Positions 60,345 to 64,000 of a stretch of DNA of 64,000 nt are shown here, one piece after another (within the stretch, counting starts at the first letter, position 1; each line of letters opens with the position of its first letter). Made by a program: the position numbers and the translations under genes. The stretch comes from the human T2T-CHM13v2.0 reference genome, Homo sapiens, in assembly GCF_009914755.1 (NCBI RefSeq), contig NC_060929.1, one strand, 5' to 3'. The notes beneath the pieces are model-generated. The model did no database searches. It was given only the letters and a program-made list of their open reading frames with translations, and was not told the DNA's origin.

Positions 60345-61720
60345 GAATTTCTAGTTTCATTTCAAACAGGAAAGAGGTTGCAAGTCCTCACTTCTATCCT
60401 TAACCAACCACAAAAAGTTGAACAAACTGAAAATTAATGTATTTTCTTGGACCCATCAGAGAAGTGAGGTAACAAACTGTCACCACACTATCTGGAGAGA
60501 TGGCCAAATGCAGAGAGTCAGAGCTGAGGTCATTTTACCTAGAGCAGAAGCCACTGGAGCCCAAAAGTGGTAGAAACACTTAAATGATAATTTTAACAAA
60601 CCTCTGGAGCCTGAGGAGGGAAGAGTTTGAGAAAGTCCTTAGAATGACAGCCTTAAGAAAGGGCCTCACACTTTCATTCCAGGAACCCCACCAGATTTTT
60701 ATGGTGAAGAGCTCAGAAAGGTGTCCTTTTGGCTCTGGCAGGGGGTAGGGGTAAAGTAATAATTGTGAAATGTACCTAAGGTGTTCTCCATAACAAATGC
60801 CTACTCTATCGTAAAAAATATTTTATCAGAACCTTATTACACATGGGGGAAAGACATTTATTTGACTTTAGCATTGAGATGAGAAGTCTAAGAAAGAATC
60901 AAAAGGAAATGGTAGAAATCAAAAGCTCTGTAACTGAAATAAAAAAAAATGCCTTTGATGGACTCATGAGTAGACTAGACAGAGCTAAGAAAAAAAATTA
61001 GTGAGCTTGAAAAGAGTTTCAATAACATTCCCCAAACAAAGTGCAAAGAGAAAAACAGAATAAAAAAAGGGGGAAAACCAAAATAGAACATCCAAGAACT
61101 GTGGAAGAATTTCAAAGATGTAGCCTTTGTGTATTTAGAACACCAAAAGAAGAAGAAAGAGTGAAGTAGAAGAAATGTTTTGCTAGTGGCCAGAAGCTTT
61201 CCTAAAATAATATTTACCAAATTATAAACCCAGGAAGCTCAGAGATAACCAAGCAGGATAAACACCAGAAAATCTACAGTTAGATGTATCATATTCAAAT
61301 TACAGGAAACTAAAGACAGACCATCTTAAAAGAAGTCAGAGGATGAAACATCATCTGTCCCATTTAATTAAAAAAAAAAAAACAAGGATAAGAATTACAG
61401 CAGACTTCTCATCAGAAACCACGCAAGCAGCAACGGAGAGGAGAGAGATACTTACAGTGTTGAAGAAAAATAGTAACTAATTATCCTTCAAAATTATCCT
61501 TGAAAGGATAATCTTGTTCTTAGATGAACAAAAACTGAGGGAATTCATCGTTAGCAGACATGCCCTGCAAGAAATGTTAAAAGTTCTTCCAGAAGAACAA
61601 AACTTATATAGGTCAGAAATGTGGATCTACATTTAAAAGGAAAGAGCATCAGAAAAGAAAACATGAAGGCAAAATAAAGTATTTGATGTTTTCTTATTCC
61701 AACAAGAATGTCTAATATTC
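60345..61720 (+). mobile_element. Second L1M (L1MD-like) 5' UTR plus ORF1 fragment
   Basis: New 5' UTR-like text 'aaaaagttgaacaaactgaaaattaa...ttggacccatcagagaagtgaggt'; ORF1 'aggataagaattacagcagacttctcatcagaaacc'. Confidence 0.75.
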
Positions 61721-61729
61721 AAAGAACTA

Positions 61730-62385
61730 GTAAAAGCAAGTGTGGATGGGGATGTAGACTAAGAGGAACTCGACAGTATTACTGTGATATGGTACCACCA
61801 ATTTGAAGAACAATTGGCATTTTCTTATAAAGTTTAACATACATATAACTCAGCAATTCCACTTCCTAGATAGTTATGTAAGAAAACTGAAAATAATTTT
61901 TTTAAAAAAGAAAGACATGTACATGAATATTCAGAGCAGCTTTAGTCATAATAGGCCAAAAATGGAAACAGCTCCAACGTCCATGAGCAGTTAAGTGGGT
62001 AAATTTTGGTACAGTCTCATAATGGGATACTACTCAGCAATAAAAAGAAACAAACTTTCTGAGACATAAAACAAAGGTGAATTATGTCAAGTAAAACAAG
62101 GCAGAAACAGAAGGATATGAGAACATTTTCTGAGTCCATTTATATGAGGTTCTAAGAGGCAAAACTAATCAATGGGCTACAAGTCAGATCTTCAGTTGTC
62201 TGGTGTAGAAGGCAGTGTGAAGATAAACTGCAAAGGAGCAGGAGAGAACTTCTAGAGTGACAGAAATGTTATATGCATTTATTGGAGTGGTAAGTTATAT
62301 GTATGTACATATTTGTGAACCTTTATTAGGATTTCTTTTAAAATTTGTTTAAAATTATATCTTAATAAGGTTGACTTTTAAAAAA
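61730..62385 (+). mobile_element. Old L1M 3' end
   Basis: 'cagcaattccacttcctag', 'tactactcagcaataaaaagaaa', 'tccatttatatgaggttcta'. Confidence 0.8.
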
Positions 62386-64000
62386 TACTAATATTGTAAA
62401 CTATTAGTAAACTCAAGACCTTTGTACAGACATTTATTGATTTGAGTGTACATGAAAAGGAGAAGTAGAAATCAAGTTTTCATTGACATTTTGAAACAAA
62501 AATACTTACAAATAAACTAACAAGCAATGACCAAAAGATACATATGTCAAGATCTGAAAAAGGAAATTCACACATCAATAAGACAACTGAAAAGTTTTTT
62601 TAGCTATTAACTGCAAATTGTTAAATAACCAAATAACAAAATGAAGAATAAAATACAGCCTTCATATCTTCTCTCATTCTTAAATCCAGTCTGATTCAAG
62701 AGGAAATCAAGCCAAGCAACATCCCAATACAATTGGAGTAGATTTATAACCCAGGTGTATTTTCTATTTAGGTTGGCCTTCCTTTATAAGTTTACTATAA
62801 AAATTGAAATTATATTAAAAATGTTATCTAAGTTGTAAAAGTAAAAATAGTAATACTAAAACTATCAGAAAAGATATAACTACTACAACTGTGGAGAAAA
62901 GTATTTCCTAATTATCCATTATTTATGGATTAAATTATGAATTATTATTAAATGCAATGAAATATCCTGGGAATGGAGAGAAATCACAAATTCTCCTCTT
63001 ATGTTTGCCCCAATTTATATCATTTATGTGGGCAAACTATATAAGTTTTAGGCTTTTTGATCTTGCAAAATTCATGCAAAGAATTTTCCTAATCATATAG
63101 ACTTAACAGAAAAGATCTAACACTATTAACTATGTATTGAGCCTGCATATAAAAACTTATATTTTTTAAATGGTAAAAAGCTTTATTATCTATGACACAT
63201 AAATGACTAGGCTTCACAGACTTTAAACTTAGAGGGCTCAAGGATGCTCCAAAAGATCATAAAACACTGAACTCCTTTTGAACTGGTTTAAAATCAAGAT
63301 ACTTTTTGACATACTTTATGCCATTTGGCACTTTGTGATATTTCAAAATACCTCACCTTTAAGTTTCAGAAGATTTCAACATGAAAGTCTTCTAGAAAGC
63401 TAGGCGTTATAAAAATAATTCTCAGCATATCGATTTGGAATCAACAAAAATGGTTTACAAATAACTTTACTTCAAGGCCAACCCAGTTTATAGAATCTTC
63501 CTATCTGTTAGCTGCTGAAGCAAAAATAAATTCTGAACTATGATGTTGTCATGGAAGTGTGTGCAAAAGCTAGTTCATGGTCTGTATTCTATAACTGGTA
63601 TTTATAAGTTAAATCATTGTAACAACACTAAAATAGTCTGTATTGTAAGGAAAAATAAAAAGTTCCTCTAATACATCTATTTAGTACTCTGGTTAAGTTA
63701 ACTTTCTTTTCCAAAGCTAATTAACAAAGCTCAAATGACTAAGCCAGCTCAGGTTATGTAAATGCATACCTTGGTATAGTTTACATACATTAAACAGTGG
63801 GAGATTGTTTCCTCACTGAGTTTAGAAAAAACTTAAATTTTAAACTATGTAAAATAAAGACAGGTAATCTGATTTGACATATCTTGAGAAACCTGGAAGC
63901 TACAGGAACCCCACTGCGCCAATAGATGATTAGTTAATAAAGGGAAAGCAGCCTGACACTGAGGTGAACAATAATTAAACCTGTAGTGAAATTCTCTGAT

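Overview
Primate (human or other catarrhine) nuclear DNA: AT-rich, CpG-depleted, roughly half transposon-derived. I found no recognisable host protein-coding exon, rRNA, tRNA or CpG island, so this is probably a large intron, lncRNA locus or gene desert; I cannot name the locus. Main contents are a full-length, dead, older L1PA (about 28.5-35.2 kb, 13-bp TSD), a near-complete Tigger1 (6.7-9.3 kb), seven standard Alus plus one atypical monomer-monomer Alu, solo LTRs (THE1, MST, ERV1, LTR16), MER20, MIR/L2 relics and many old L1M fragments. All listed ORFs are L1/Alu/LTR-derived or chance. The most unusual structure is a 205-bp, about 98.5% identical non-tandem duplication (14797-15001 and 16328-16532) whose second copy is flanked by re-copied and fold-back sequence, suggesting templated-insertion repair; smaller scars of the same style occur elsewhere. 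Several repeat-free islands look enhancer-like and a few splice signals suggest non-coding exons, but these are inferences. I cannot support a new biological system from sequence alone. Subfamily calls come from remembered consensus sequences, and boundaries of old repeats are approximate.
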